Assembly (NCBI GenBank): GCA_047495785.1
Contig: JBLDXI010000058.1
Location: forward strand, 124,001 to 188,000
DNA from: Lepidodermella squamata
Taxonomy: Eukaryota > Animalia > Gastrotricha
Reading direction: 5' to 3'
DNA length: 64,000 bases
The notes beneath the pieces were generated by a model. It had not been told where the DNA came from. It saw nothing but the letters and a program-made list of their open reading frames with translations, and searched no databases. Position numbers and translations under genes: made by a program. Positions 14,537 through 25,586 of this stretch are shown piece after piece (the first letter of the stretch is position 1; each line of letters begins with the position of its first letter).

Positions 14537-15190
14537 TTATTCAAGGATGGGCAGGGGCAGGATCGATCGCTCGACAAGTGCTCGCCAACAAATAGCAACT
14601 GCCTCAACGTCGAATTCAGCATTGTGCCATGGAGGAGTTATAGTTTGGGCTTCGTTTGTTGGGAAAAGCAGAGAGTAAAGCTCCTCAAGCTTCGGTCTCT
14701 TATAAGAACTAGTGTTCCAGAATGAAGGGACGTAATCGTCCGGGAAGGGCAGTCCACAGAAATCAACAACTCGCTGATCGCGGCACGTGTCAACAACGAC
14801 TTTCTTTCTGAACAGGTTTATTTCCTTCAACAGCTTGCACCGGAACATTTCACACCTGATCACCTTGACGTCGAAGGATTTTACGTTGTGACCGATCAGA
14901 TGCGTGCATTTGACTAGTGCTTTTGAGAACTCTTGAAGAATCGTTTTGAGATCCTCGCCATCCGCCAGAGCTACAGTTTGGTCCACGCCGTGGAAATCAC
15001 TGTTGTCGATAACAAAGCCAACGGGTTTGATTATCGCTTGCCGGCACTCGATCGTGTCGCCATCAGCATCGTCGAGACGCCAAGCAAATTGCACAATGCG
15101 CGGCCAAAAGTCCGTCTTCTTGTATCCCACGTTCGGACTTGGTCTGTTCCGCGAAATACGGGTTGTCTCCACGTCCAGAAATAGAATCAT
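14537..15190 (-). CDS. DnaQ-like DEDDh 3'-5' exonuclease, copy 1 (intronless)
   Basis: ExoI FLDVETT, WPRIVQFAW, HG, ExoII GHNVKSFD, PKLEEL, ExoIII WHNAEFD. Confidence 0.85.
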   Translation of the reverse strand: MILFLDVETTRISRNRPSPNVGYKKTDFWPRIVQFAWRLDDADGDTIECRQAIIKPVGFVIDNSDFHGVDQTVALADGEDLKTILQEFSKALVKCTHLIGHNVKSFDVKVIRCEMFRCKLLKEINLFRKKVVVDTCRDQRVVDFCGLPFPDDYVPSFWNTSSYKRPKLEELYSLLFPTNEAQTITPPWHNAEFDVEAVAICWRALVERSILPLPILE

Positions 15191-15238
15191 GACTGGATTT
15201 TCTAATAATTATCTGACTGGATTTTCTAATAATTATCT
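15191..15238. repeat. 24-bp perfect tandem duplication directly upstream of the exonuclease copy 1 ATG
   Basis: GACTGGATTTTCTAATAATTATCT twice; single diverged counterpart upstream of copy 2. Confidence 0.9.
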
Positions 15239-16707
15239 GAAGCCTTAAAATTGAAAACAATTGGGGGCGCTGCCTTTAAGCCTTAAGCACTCAGCAGCCA
15301 TATAACACAGGTGCGATTTACGACCTTTTGCCTACTTGATGCCTACTATCGCCTGAGTAATAAGACATACCTATAGGGCTTTGTTCAAGCTATATATATT
15401 AAATAAAGTTTTATATAAAAATGTATTGAAGTATAACGCTTGAGTACAGTCTCAGGTCTGAGGTGTTAATGGGCATGAAGTTATAATTCGCACAGGCGTT
15501 CTACGGCTGCATGTATAACATTAGATGTATAGCATTAGATGGGCGAAACTCGAACAGTTCGAGCGAAAGCTGTGTTTGCCAGGAGCGGCTTGATTGCTCA
15601 TATTATAGCGTCATTAGCAGCCAGAAAATGTGCCATTTGAACAAATTCAAATGACCGAGAGAAACTAAAATAGCGTATTTGAAGTGCGAAACCGATTCAA
15701 ATTTGGGTTATCTGTTGGAATGTAACATGTTAGTTGTTTTTTTCTGCCGATTTATTGATACCATCAATACTATAATGTATTATAATGTATCAATATTAGA
15801 AAAATAAATTAGTCATGACCACTCCTATGCTGCTTATATGGCTTATTTAACCAACAATTATAAACTACTAGCGAGTGCCCGAATGGTATATAGTATATAT
15901 AGGTATAAATGGCGCATCATTTTTCCGGTCGAACTTGGGAAACCGGACTTCACTGGAACCGACGTAGAAAACTGGGTAAGACAAATTCAATTTTGAAAAA
16001 ACATGTAAATGACATATTATCTCCCGTTGTGACGTTATCTTGTATGAAGCTGTATTATTCATATTATACTGTATTATTCATATTGAGGTTTAATATGAAT
16101 AATGTTATGGAAATGGGCGGCTCCTTTTAAACCCAACGCAAAATGATTACTTACGAATTCCGGCAAGAAAGTGGGTCCTAGGTATGGTCCTATTGAATTT
16201 GAAACTGCTTCGTTTCTGTTGTACTCTGCGAAAGTAAACTAATGTGCAGTGATTACAAGTACAAGTACGATTATACAAGCGACGAGCGCACTATTAAGTG
16301 CGTGCAGCCCCCTTTAAGTAAAACGGATTTCGGCAATCTCGGATACCCAAGCTGTTCACCTTGGTGATCCGTGCCCTACTTTCTAACCCATGAAGCGACA
16401 GAATGGCTCGGTGATACGGGCGAAGTCTGACATGCGAAGCCGCAAAAATTTCGCTGCTGGCCACTCCCCGGATAGGTATAATTCAATTTCAAACGACATT
16501 CTAAACGAGAAAAGGCAGATAGCTGATTCAGTGGTCTTTTATTAATTTTTTAACAATGGCAGCAGATGGTGTTTATCGAAACATGGAAATAATCAAATAG
16601 AAATCACTGCATTTTGAGTAATATTTGCAATCAAATTTTGAAATTATTTCAACAAAGCGTTTTTCATTTGATATTTGGTTCGGCAGAAAGTGACCTCACG
16701 CCTCAAT

Positions 16708-17355
16708 TTATTCAAGAAAGAGCAGGATTGAACGCTCGACAAGTGCTCGCCAACAAACGGCAACCGCATCAACGTCGAATTGAGAAGTGTGCCATCGAAG
16801 AGTTTCATTTTGGGCTTCGTTTGTTGGGAAAAGCAGAGCGTAAAGCTCCTCAAGCTTCGGTTTCTTGTACGCATCAGTGTTCCAAAATGCAGGGACGTAA
16901 TCGTCCGGGAAGGGCAATCTACAGAAATCAACGACTCGCGGATCGCGACACGTGTCAACAACGACTTTCTTTTTGAACAGGTTTATTTCCTTCAACAGCT
17001 TGCACCGGAACATTTCACACTTGATCACCTTGATGTCGAAGGATTTTACGTTGTGACCGATCAGATGCGTGCATTTGACTAGTGCTTTTGAGAACTCCTG
17101 AAGAATCGTTTTGAGATCCTCGCCATCAGCCAGAGCTACAGTTTGGTCCACGCCGTGGAAATCACCGTTGTCGATAACAAAACCATCGGGTTTGATGATC
17201 GCTTGCCGACGCTCGATCATGCAACCATCAGCATCGTCGAGACGCCAAGAAAATTGGACGACATGGGGCCAAAAATCTGTATTCTTGAATCCCACATTGG
17301 GGCAAGGTCTCTCCGACGGTATGTTGGTCGTCTCCACATCCAGAAATAGAAACAT
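16708..17355 (-). CDS. DnaQ-like DEDDh 3'-5' exonuclease, copy 2 (intronless)
   Basis: ATG at 17355 (MFLFLDVETT), GHNVKSFD, WHTSQFD. Close paralogue of copy 1, including several hundred bp of 3' flank. Confidence 0.85.
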   Translation of the reverse strand: MFLFLDVETTNIPSERPCPNVGFKNTDFWPHVVQFSWRLDDADGCMIERRQAIIKPDGFVIDNGDFHGVDQTVALADGEDLKTILQEFSKALVKCTHLIGHNVKSFDIKVIKCEMFRCKLLKEINLFKKKVVVDTCRDPRVVDFCRLPFPDDYVPAFWNTDAYKKPKLEELYALLFPTNEAQNETLRWHTSQFDVDAVAVCWRALVERSILLFLE

Positions 17356-17935
17356 GTCAGGTTTTTCTAATAATTTTCGGATGGAGCCTATAAAATAGAT
17401 AGGGCTGATATAATTGCCAAATGACCTGAGAAGTAGAGAAAAGAAGATGAAGATGATTTCGCACGAATTTCGGCTAGAAAGAAACAAATTTCATGTTTCT
17501 TAAGTTCTTGTTAAATTTTGTTCCACCAAGTCAGTCCAACCGCCATATACGCTCTTTCAAATATTTTATAACCTATAACCGTCAACGGCTGCTTCAAATG
17601 ATTTCAAATGAAAGGACTAATATAAGCCGAGAAAAAACTGCGCGAGTGGCGATTTCAACCGGCACGATAGGTTTAAACGCGAACCGTTGTGCGCGGAAAT
17701 GAAATTTACAGTTCGCAACATGGGCTGCGCATCAATGAGAAGTTAACAGCGAAAAATACGCCGTTGCCTTTTATAATACCGTCATGATGAAACTTATTAC
17801 GGGAAACAAAACAGCCAGCCTCTCGTCATATTATCATCTTTATTTCGCGCAAAATAAGTTTGACAGGCGCGAAAAATGATTTACTTGTTGAGTTTTCATC
17901 ATCATCATCATCATCTACATCAGTTTTCACAATTT

Positions 17936-18574
17936 TTAGAGTTTCTGTATGATTCGAATTTCAATGAGCTTCTGAACACACTCGGCGATTGCTTCAACAT
18001 CGAACTCCGCGTTGTTCCACGAGCATGGTTTAGCACTACCAGGAAAGAGAGCAGCATACAGCTCTTCGAGCTTCGGCCATTTGTACTTTTTCTTGCTGTC
18101 CCACAGTGGGCTGTAGTCCTTAATAGGGAAAGGCAGTCGGCAAAAATTGACAACACGCTTGTCAATGCACGGATCGATGATTGCTTTCCGCCTGAAGTAA
18201 TTGACTTGGCTCAGCAGTCGGCAGCGGTACATTTCGCATTTAACAACTTTGATGTGGAATTTTTGGATGCTGTGTCCGATCACATGCGTGCTTGATTTTA
18301 GAGCCTTCGAAAAATCCTGGAGAACCATCGTTAAATCCTCGCCGGAGTTCAAAGCTTTCTGTTGGCTGATACCGTGACGTTCGCAATTATCGATGACGAA
18401 ATCGACTGGCTTGATGATTGCATTTCTTCGTTCAACCGTGTGGCCGTTGGCATCGTCAAGTCGCCATGCAATTTGAACGATGCGCGGCCAGTAGTCCGTT
18501 CTCGTGTAGCCGACGTTACCGCCCGGCTTGATTGGAGAAACTTTAGTGGATTCCACGTCGAAGTACAAGTGCAT
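17936..18574 (-). CDS. DnaQ-like exonuclease, copy 3 (diverged, catalytic residues altered)
   Basis: ATG at 18574 (MHLYFDVEST), WPRIVQIAW. ExoII reads GHSIQKFH (D to H) and ExoIII reads WNNAEFD (H to N). Confidence 0.8.
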   Translation of the reverse strand: MHLYFDVESTKVSPIKPGGNVGYTRTDYWPRIVQIAWRLDDANGHTVERRNAIIKPVDFVIDNCERHGISQQKALNSGEDLTMVLQDFSKALKSSTHVIGHSIQKFHIKVVKCEMYRCRLLSQVNYFRRKAIIDPCIDKRVVNFCRLPFPIKDYSPLWDSKKKYKWPKLEELYAALFPGSAKPCSWNNAEFDVEAIAECVQKLIEIRIIQKL

Positions 18575-20214
18575 TTTTATTATAGATGTTTCTGTATAAG
18601 TCAATTTCTATCCGACGAAGAACGGCATTTCAACAAAAATGAAGCGAAGCCACCTGAAAGTCATCATTAGCCTTGATTTGCTAACACGATCATCAGCTGG
18701 ATCATCAGCTTCAACCAGGTAAATTTCGAAGCAATACAAAGAAAAAGAGATAGAAAAACGGAAAAATTAATAATTTGGGCAGAGCGAAGAGCGTGAAAGA
18801 GGTTATCAGCGCAATTATGCGAGTTCACGACGACGAGAATGATGAAAAAAATAAAGCCGAACGCACATGACCGTCTATTTCTTGATGAATCAAGCGCCGC
18901 CAAGCGGATGAGGGAAATGTACAAAAATGACAACACGCGCGTTTTATTGCTTGGAACATGATTGAAAGAATCACCAAGATTACACAGTGGTAAATAAAAG
19001 TTGTGTGTATCAAATTCGAAACCGACACGAAAGGTCCCATTGTCCAAATTTCGCAATGATTACAGAAGACGATTATTACGTGCATGGTTGCATTACACAA
19101 TTTGGCTCGATTTTTTTCGAATGTTTCGCAGGTTTCGCAGGTTGCAGTTGAACGAAGACTTCAGTTCAGAAATGAGATCCGATGAGCAATTTCGGTACTA
19201 TCATCTCTTTTTCTTAGTTGCTTGAAAAAGCAACAGCAGCCGCATAATCATCATAACGCAACAACTTACCGTAATTTGGGATGACTTTGACATGTCAAAA
19301 AGGGTGACTGGCCACTCAAATATCGAAGCCGGCAACCCCATGAGTGAGATACCGCCGGATAGCTCAAGCAATGCCAGGCCTAGATGTGTTGAATGTACAC
19401 CAATCCGACTTATTAAAATCCGAATTATTAAAATGGCAGGTAAAGTTACGGGGAAAATTAAAAAAAAGTTCGATTTCCGGTAGAATTAGGGTGACTAACC
19501 AAAGAAATCCATGCGATCAAAGTCGAAATCGAATGTCATTTTCGAACCACGCTGCTTACTGGCTATCAAACGGTAGCCCACCCATGGGGCCTTTACCATA
19601 TCGGCTTCGATATTTGAGTGGTTCAAAGTCACGCCATCAACATCTAACGCGTTTCGGGTGACTTTGACGTTTGACCACCGTTACCTGTCCACTACAATTC
19701 ATGCTTGTACCTGATAGTTACTTTGACTGTACTATCTGTTTCTACTTGTTACTGGCTTGCCGGCGACATCCATATTGAGGGGGTTAGCTCGTCAATTTGC
19801 GAAGATTTTATTTACCTATTGAAAGTCGATGGCAAAAACCTATGCTAATGTCACACAAACTTACACTACTTTATTTGACGGGAAACACAACAGAAATACC
19901 TACTGTAGGTTAGGGTCATTTGGGCAAACCGAGGATTAAAAATCAGACTTAATTCAAAATTTATAATATTTCAAACAAAGGTGTGTACGGTGATTTGCGA
20001 TTTGTTGATTGGTGATATTGCACATTTTACCTGATTTTTGACGGCCGAAAACAATTTTGCGTTAAGTTGGACGATTTCAGCGGTTAATTTTACACGCTCA
20101 TTTGCATACGGAATGGCAGTGTCAAATTTTGAAAAATTGTTCGGCGTTGCAAAGCTATTCATTCACCTGTCAAGCCGAAGTGTCCTTTTTCAGTGATAAC
20201 TGGGTGATAATTGG

Positions 20215-20423
20215 TATATCGTTAGCGACGCGCCAAAACAACCACTTTACTATTTATAGCTTTTTTATGGAAAGTACGTTCGACTTTTGAACGTAAATTC
20301 AAATTACTATGAGTACGATCAGTGCTCAAAAAGCCGAACGTACTCCCTCTTAACGTTCGGCTCGTCATAGTACGATCAAATGAGTCATCAAAGTGGTTGT
20401 TTTGGCGCGTCGCTAATGATATA
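20215..20423. mobile_element. MITE-like element with ~34-bp terminal inverted repeats
   Basis: TATATCGTTAGCGACGCGCCAAAACAACCACTTT (20215-20248) and AAAGTGGTTGTTTTGGCGCGTCGCTAATGATATA (20390-20423), one mismatch, TA ends, non-coding interior. Confidence 0.75.
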
Positions 20424-20599
20424 GAGTAATCGTAATCGTAATCAGAAACCATGAACTCCAAAAAACAAGTTTGGTCCTCACACAATATTTTATTTTACTT
20501 TTACTCTCAATAAACTTTCCGCACTACTTCAACCGGATCATGTACTTCAATACTTTTCATAAGGCCAAAACGGCCGTGAAATTCGCCAAAAATAACCGT

Positions 20600-23500
20600 T
20601 TAAATCTTGTTGAAGGCAGCAACGTCGACGCTTTGACAGTAATCCTGTGAAAATACATAATTGACGACTCCGAAAAGTAAGATGAAACATTAGATACCTC
20701 GAAGCTTTCGATCTTCTCAGAGAGTGCATCGATCGAAACCTTCTCGTCCTCAACAACGCATCCGATTTGCAACTTCTTGATACCGAAGGCGACGGGAACG
20801 AATTTCGAGGCGCCCCTAACACATAAAAACGCTCAAAAATGACATCAATATGCACGTGTGGATTGTTCTTACCAGAGGAGACCGTCCATCTCAATGGAAC
20901 GAACAGCCTTCTCCATGGCCTCGATATCTAGAAAGAAGAAATAAATCATTATTCATGTTCAAGATTACAACATGTTGCAGCAATACAAATTGTCAATTTA
21001 CTACCCACCCAAAATATTGTTATCGGATGCGGATATGGTCCATATATCACCCAACGGTAATCTGAGGCGATTTTTATGCACATGATCGTGTCCTAGGTAC
21101 AACCGGGAGACCCGATGCAAGCGGTGCCAAACTAGTCAGCCACCTATACAACTTGAATATTAAGCTACTCTCGCAAGGCGAGCACACCTATACTATTAGG
21201 AAAGGCAGGAAAGAGTGCCTGGACCTGTTCATCGCCGGTGGTAAAGCCGCAAAACGTGCAACTGCTGTCGAAGTTCTACCGGATATCGGCCCGGATATCG
21301 GATCACATGAAAATCGAGCTGTTCTGTCAAGCGATCGAGCGCGATTGCAGTAAGCTGGATACGTCAGACCTGCATGTAGTCGCCGATATTGACAGAGCAG
21401 TCGAAAAGCTCGAATCTGTCATTATCACCGCTACTAATGCCACAACACCACGATGCGATGCGAGTAAACTCAAGGGCTGGCGAATAACTTCCGAAATATT
21501 AGCGGCAATCAAGGAAAGGCGGCGAGCGAGAAGAACAATGGAACGGTTCCGTACGGCAGTTTGGCGGAATCGTTACAATGCGGCTTGTAAACGAGTTCGG
21601 TATCTCATCGCAAAAGAACGATCCGACAAGTTCAAAAGACGACGTACAGAATTGTCGAAGATGCTCCACGATAAGCCACGGCTATTCTGGAAAGAGTTCA
21701 ACGCGCTAGCAAACAACTCGGCCGCTTCAAACCAGCGCCAATATCCGCCAATCACAAGCGATCACGGCCTCGAAACCTTCACCAACCCAGGCAAGGCAAA
21801 GATCTTCGCCGACCACCTCGAAAGTGTGTGGAAAACGCCCAGTGATCCTAGTTTCTGCAAAGGAACGGAGGAACTGGTCGAAAGAACGCTAAAAAATTAC
21901 GGCCACGAAATCGGACGTCCCGTCAACCCAAGGCGTGACAGGTCCGGCCGCTGGACAGCGAAAACCAACGAAGTGTTAACAATAGTAAAGAAATTGAAAA
22001 GTACGGCGCCAGGCGAAGACGGCATTCTAAATGCAGTCTTGAAAAGAGCCTCTGGGCGAAAGCTACCGACGTCTTCAACGCTTGCTTGCGGTATAGCTAC
22101 ATGCCGAGAAGGTGGAAGAAGGCAATCGTCGTCCTTATTCCAAAAGAAGGAAAAGATTGGCGAACGCCATAAGGATACCGCCCGATCAGCTTTCTCAACT
22201 GTATCGGAAAAATACTCGAGCGCCTAGTCGCAAGGCGGGTGATTGACGAAATGCGGGAACGCAAAATAATGCCGCCCAGTCAATCCGCTTTCCAAAATCG
22301 TCACTCAGTCGAGGACCATCCTCATCGAATAGTACAACTGGCCATAACTGGTCTTCGAGACCATGAAGAAACCTACGTTTCGTGCCTCGATATCGAAGGT
22401 GCCTTTGACCGCATCTGGCAACGAGCAGTAATTTACAAGCTACTCAATTTCGGCTTCCCTGACATCGCGACGGCGTGGATTGCGGATTTCCTCACCGACC
22501 GCGAATTCAGCTGCCGGGTAGGCAACGACCATAGTAGCGTAAGGCAAATCACCGGCGGGGTTCCGCAAGGTTCACATCTGAGTCCGATACTGTACGTTCT
22601 GTATACGGCCGACCTACCGCGTGACCTGCCGAAATCGGTGGCTAACTGCCTATTTGCCGATGACGTCGCTCTAATCTCGAAAAATAAGAAAGGCGAGGTT
22701 GCCCGCGCCAACCTTAATGACGGTATGTCAAAAGTCTCAGAATACTTCAAGAAATGGCGCCTCAAAGCGAATGCCGGGAAGAGCCAAGCGATTCGAATTT
22801 CGAATAAGTCAAAACCGCCTGAGTCAGCCATTAAGTTGGATAACACCGAGTTGAAGTGGCAAAACGAGGTGAAATACTTGGGCGTCACAATTGACTCGAA
22901 GCTGCTATTCAAAAAGTAAATCGACTTGGCTATCGCAACGGCGGCGCAACGTATCGTGGCGCTGCATGCTGTCTGTCGCAGGAGTTTCGGCCTCACCAAA
23001 GAAGCGGCCGTAACCGTGTACAAAGCGTACATTAGAAGCGTACTAATCTTTGGCAGCCCGGCATGGGTCGGTATCGACAGTGGGCTCTGGCAAAAGCTCG
23101 AGGTCATTCAGAACCAGGCGCTCCGAATCGCCATGCGACTTCCGCCTTGGCACAACACTGACGACCTTCGTAAAAGGGCAGGCATCGAGTCGATTCGAGA
23201 TCATGCTACCAGGCTTGCAACGAATTGGTCAAATCGATCGTTAACTTACGACAACCTCGTCGGGAAGGAGAGTGCTATTCTCATGCGAAAGCCTATTGAT
23301 GAACGAGTGTACCGACACTCGAAACGACCGCCTCTTTCAGCCATGCGGCTAGTACTAGATGGTCGACGTCCGTAATTAACACTAGTTTACTTTTTACATA
23401 AACAACACTAGCCTGTTCAACCAGCAAACACCTGAGCTTAACTGGCCCTCGACTTGGGCTTCTCACAGGCCCGGCTGGTCCTCTACTCGGGTGGTTTTTA

Positions 23501-24448
23501 CTAAGCCACTAGTTTTCTCTTTTCCGGTCAGATCCGCACAAGCCTGTACCCCAGCACTCCGTTTCGTGATGATGGGGCGGGGGCCTTAGGCAAGCCCACT
23601 CGGCGTGGATCTGGCTATTTATTAATCGGACTGGATCAATCCACAGCCGAACGAAGGCATGAATGAAGGCATGTCGAAATCAGCAACTTAATTCAAAAAG
23701 TGGCAGCTGAAAGCCAAAGCCGGAAAAAGTTGAGCGATTCTTATATCGAATAAATCAAAACCGCCCGAGACAGCCATTAAGTTGGATGAAACAGAGCTGA
23801 CGTGGCATATCTCAGGCCCGGCCGGTCCTCTGCTAGGAGGAGAAACTACGTGACTATATGTTTAACTGCTACTAGGAAAAGGAACCATGCGAGCATCACT
23901 GAGACTTCTCTCGAAATTGAGCCAAATGCCGCAGCAGGTTAGTATTTCTATTATTTCTATGATTGAGGCTAAAAAAGAGACATACCGGTTTCATCATCCC
24001 ACGGCTTGACGTCGAGAACGACAGAGGACTTGGCGATGAGCGCGGGCTTCTTCGCCTTCTTCGCGGCGTAGTCAGCCAGGCGCTGTTCGCGGACCTTGGC
24101 AGCCTCGGGGTCTTCCGGGGCATCCTCGTCGCCGAACAGCTCGAAATCCTCCTCCGCAGCTGGTGCGGCGGCTTTCGCAGCGGCCGCCGGGGCCGGGGCA
24201 CCACCGGTCAGGATGCGGATGTGGTTGTACCAGCGAAGGGCGTGGAAGAGATCGGCCGAAGGGGCAGAGCTCAACTGGGCAAGGGTCTTCTTGTCAGCTT
24301 CGCTCAGCGAGTAACTAAATGAGAAATCGATAGAAAATTATAAATAAAAAATGAGCAGAATATACCCTTCAATGTAGCTGCGAGTGGCAAGGAAATCGTT
24401 CAGGGCACGGAGGCCAGCCGGGGTCTTGAGGTCGCCAAAGTTGGTCAT
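20600..24448 (-). CDS. EEF1B2: Translation elongation factor 1-beta, paralogue A (5 exons; ~3 kb intron 2)
   Basis: Exons 24448-24366, 24314-23986, 20927-20873, 20815-20698, 20644-20600 give MTNFGDLK...HALRWYNHI...[17 protein letters not shown]...[21 protein letters not shown]...[10 protein letters not shown] with an intact frame. Confidence 0.92.
21030..23660 (+). mobile_element. 5'-truncated, decayed non-LTR retrotransposon (APE-RT, Jockey/I-group-like), antisense in EF1-beta intron 2
   Basis: APE remnants (GDFYAH, TY, DL). RT motifs [38 protein letters not shown]. Frameshift near 22050, in-frame stop at 22917-22919, structured 3' UTR. Confidence 0.9.
23662..23850 (+). mobile_element. Fragment of a second, related non-LTR element
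   Basis: 23662-23807 aligns with 22717-22861 ([17 protein letters not shown]) and carries stops; 23810-23835 matches the 3' UTR at 23462-23490. Confidence 0.8.
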
Positions 24449-24536
24449 TTTTGCCTTCAACTAATTTAAAGTGCCTATCAAATCATAGTTATAATAAAAT
24501 CTATTGTATAATATTGTTTATGCAAATCAAAAACAA

Positions 24537-25241
24537 CTAAGGCGAAGCCTCAACCTCGCCTTTAACCTGGTCGAAGTTATCTTCTGAGCGATGCTTGGCA
24601 GTGAAATCATACCCACTTCGAGGCGGCATAATAATTGCGATGTAACCATCTGTTAGCGGCTATAAATCACAAACATGAAACCGAATGATAAAAGCAAATT
24701 ATTCCAGGGAATTTACGCGAGATTTTATGATGTTAGGATTGAGGCTCAACAGCTCGTTGACTTCGATTAAACGACCCTTCGCTGCAGCTGCCAGGCGATA
24801 CACCTTTCCATCAGACGTGGATATTCTGCAAATTAGCTCTTCTTCACTCTTGATTATTTGAGCCATCTTAAACAAAAAATATATAGGTGAATAACTCAAC
24901 ACTGGGTTTCAATTCACCTTTTTCGACTTGCCAACTGGTTTCGATTCGAGGCGGTTAGTTCTCGGACCAGTTTGAAAATCGATATTTTCAATTTGTACGT
25001 CAGGATCTGAAACGATCGGATGTTTCGGCGAAATTCCAATAATACAACACCCGTTTGAATGACATAATACGCTGGTTGTAGCCCATTGTGGCAACGTTTT
25101 ACCAACTACCGTTTCATCAGCCGGTGGACGGAAAAACTTCTGCGTGTAGTACCGCTCAACAACCGTCGGATAAGCATCGAAGTCGTAGTCGTCGGGCAAA
25201 TCTGAATGCCATTCAACAAAGTTGGGTTTCGTGTCAGACAT
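24537..25241 (-). CDS. ABITRAM: Abitram / Simiate / FAM206A-like protein
   Basis: Exons 25241-24918, 24866-24717, 24659-24537. Motifs YPTVVERYY, HSNGCCIIGI...HP, NRL...VGKSKK, KGRLIEVN, PLTDGYIAIIMP. Confidence 0.85.
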
Positions 25242-25586
25242 GATAAAACTCTAATTAGAGAAGTAAATGAATGAGCTTCGGCCTTTACTGTTAATTTTAT
25301 CGTTATGTTCGATCTTTTTAAATCATTATTTATAACCGGATCACACGCTTCACTCACAGCGATATCAGCGAGAAAGAATTTGTTGCAAATGAATGTGCGC
25401 ATATTCTATAATAACATCACCGATTTTCGGCACTAGCACGTCATACAAATTATGACTGTAAACAGCAAGCTGGAATGATGAAAGAGAAAAGAGACAGAGC
25501 GCTTTTGAAGCGACTCAACCAACTAATCAAGTTTTTTACTATCATCTTGAGACAAAGGCGTCGAGAAGAGATGGCTCGGAACGGGG

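Noticed and set aside
18640-19260. Coding-like sequence upstream of exonuclease copy 3
   Set aside because: Stops interrupt the plausible frames and I recognise no motif, so neither a gene nor a pseudogene call is supported.
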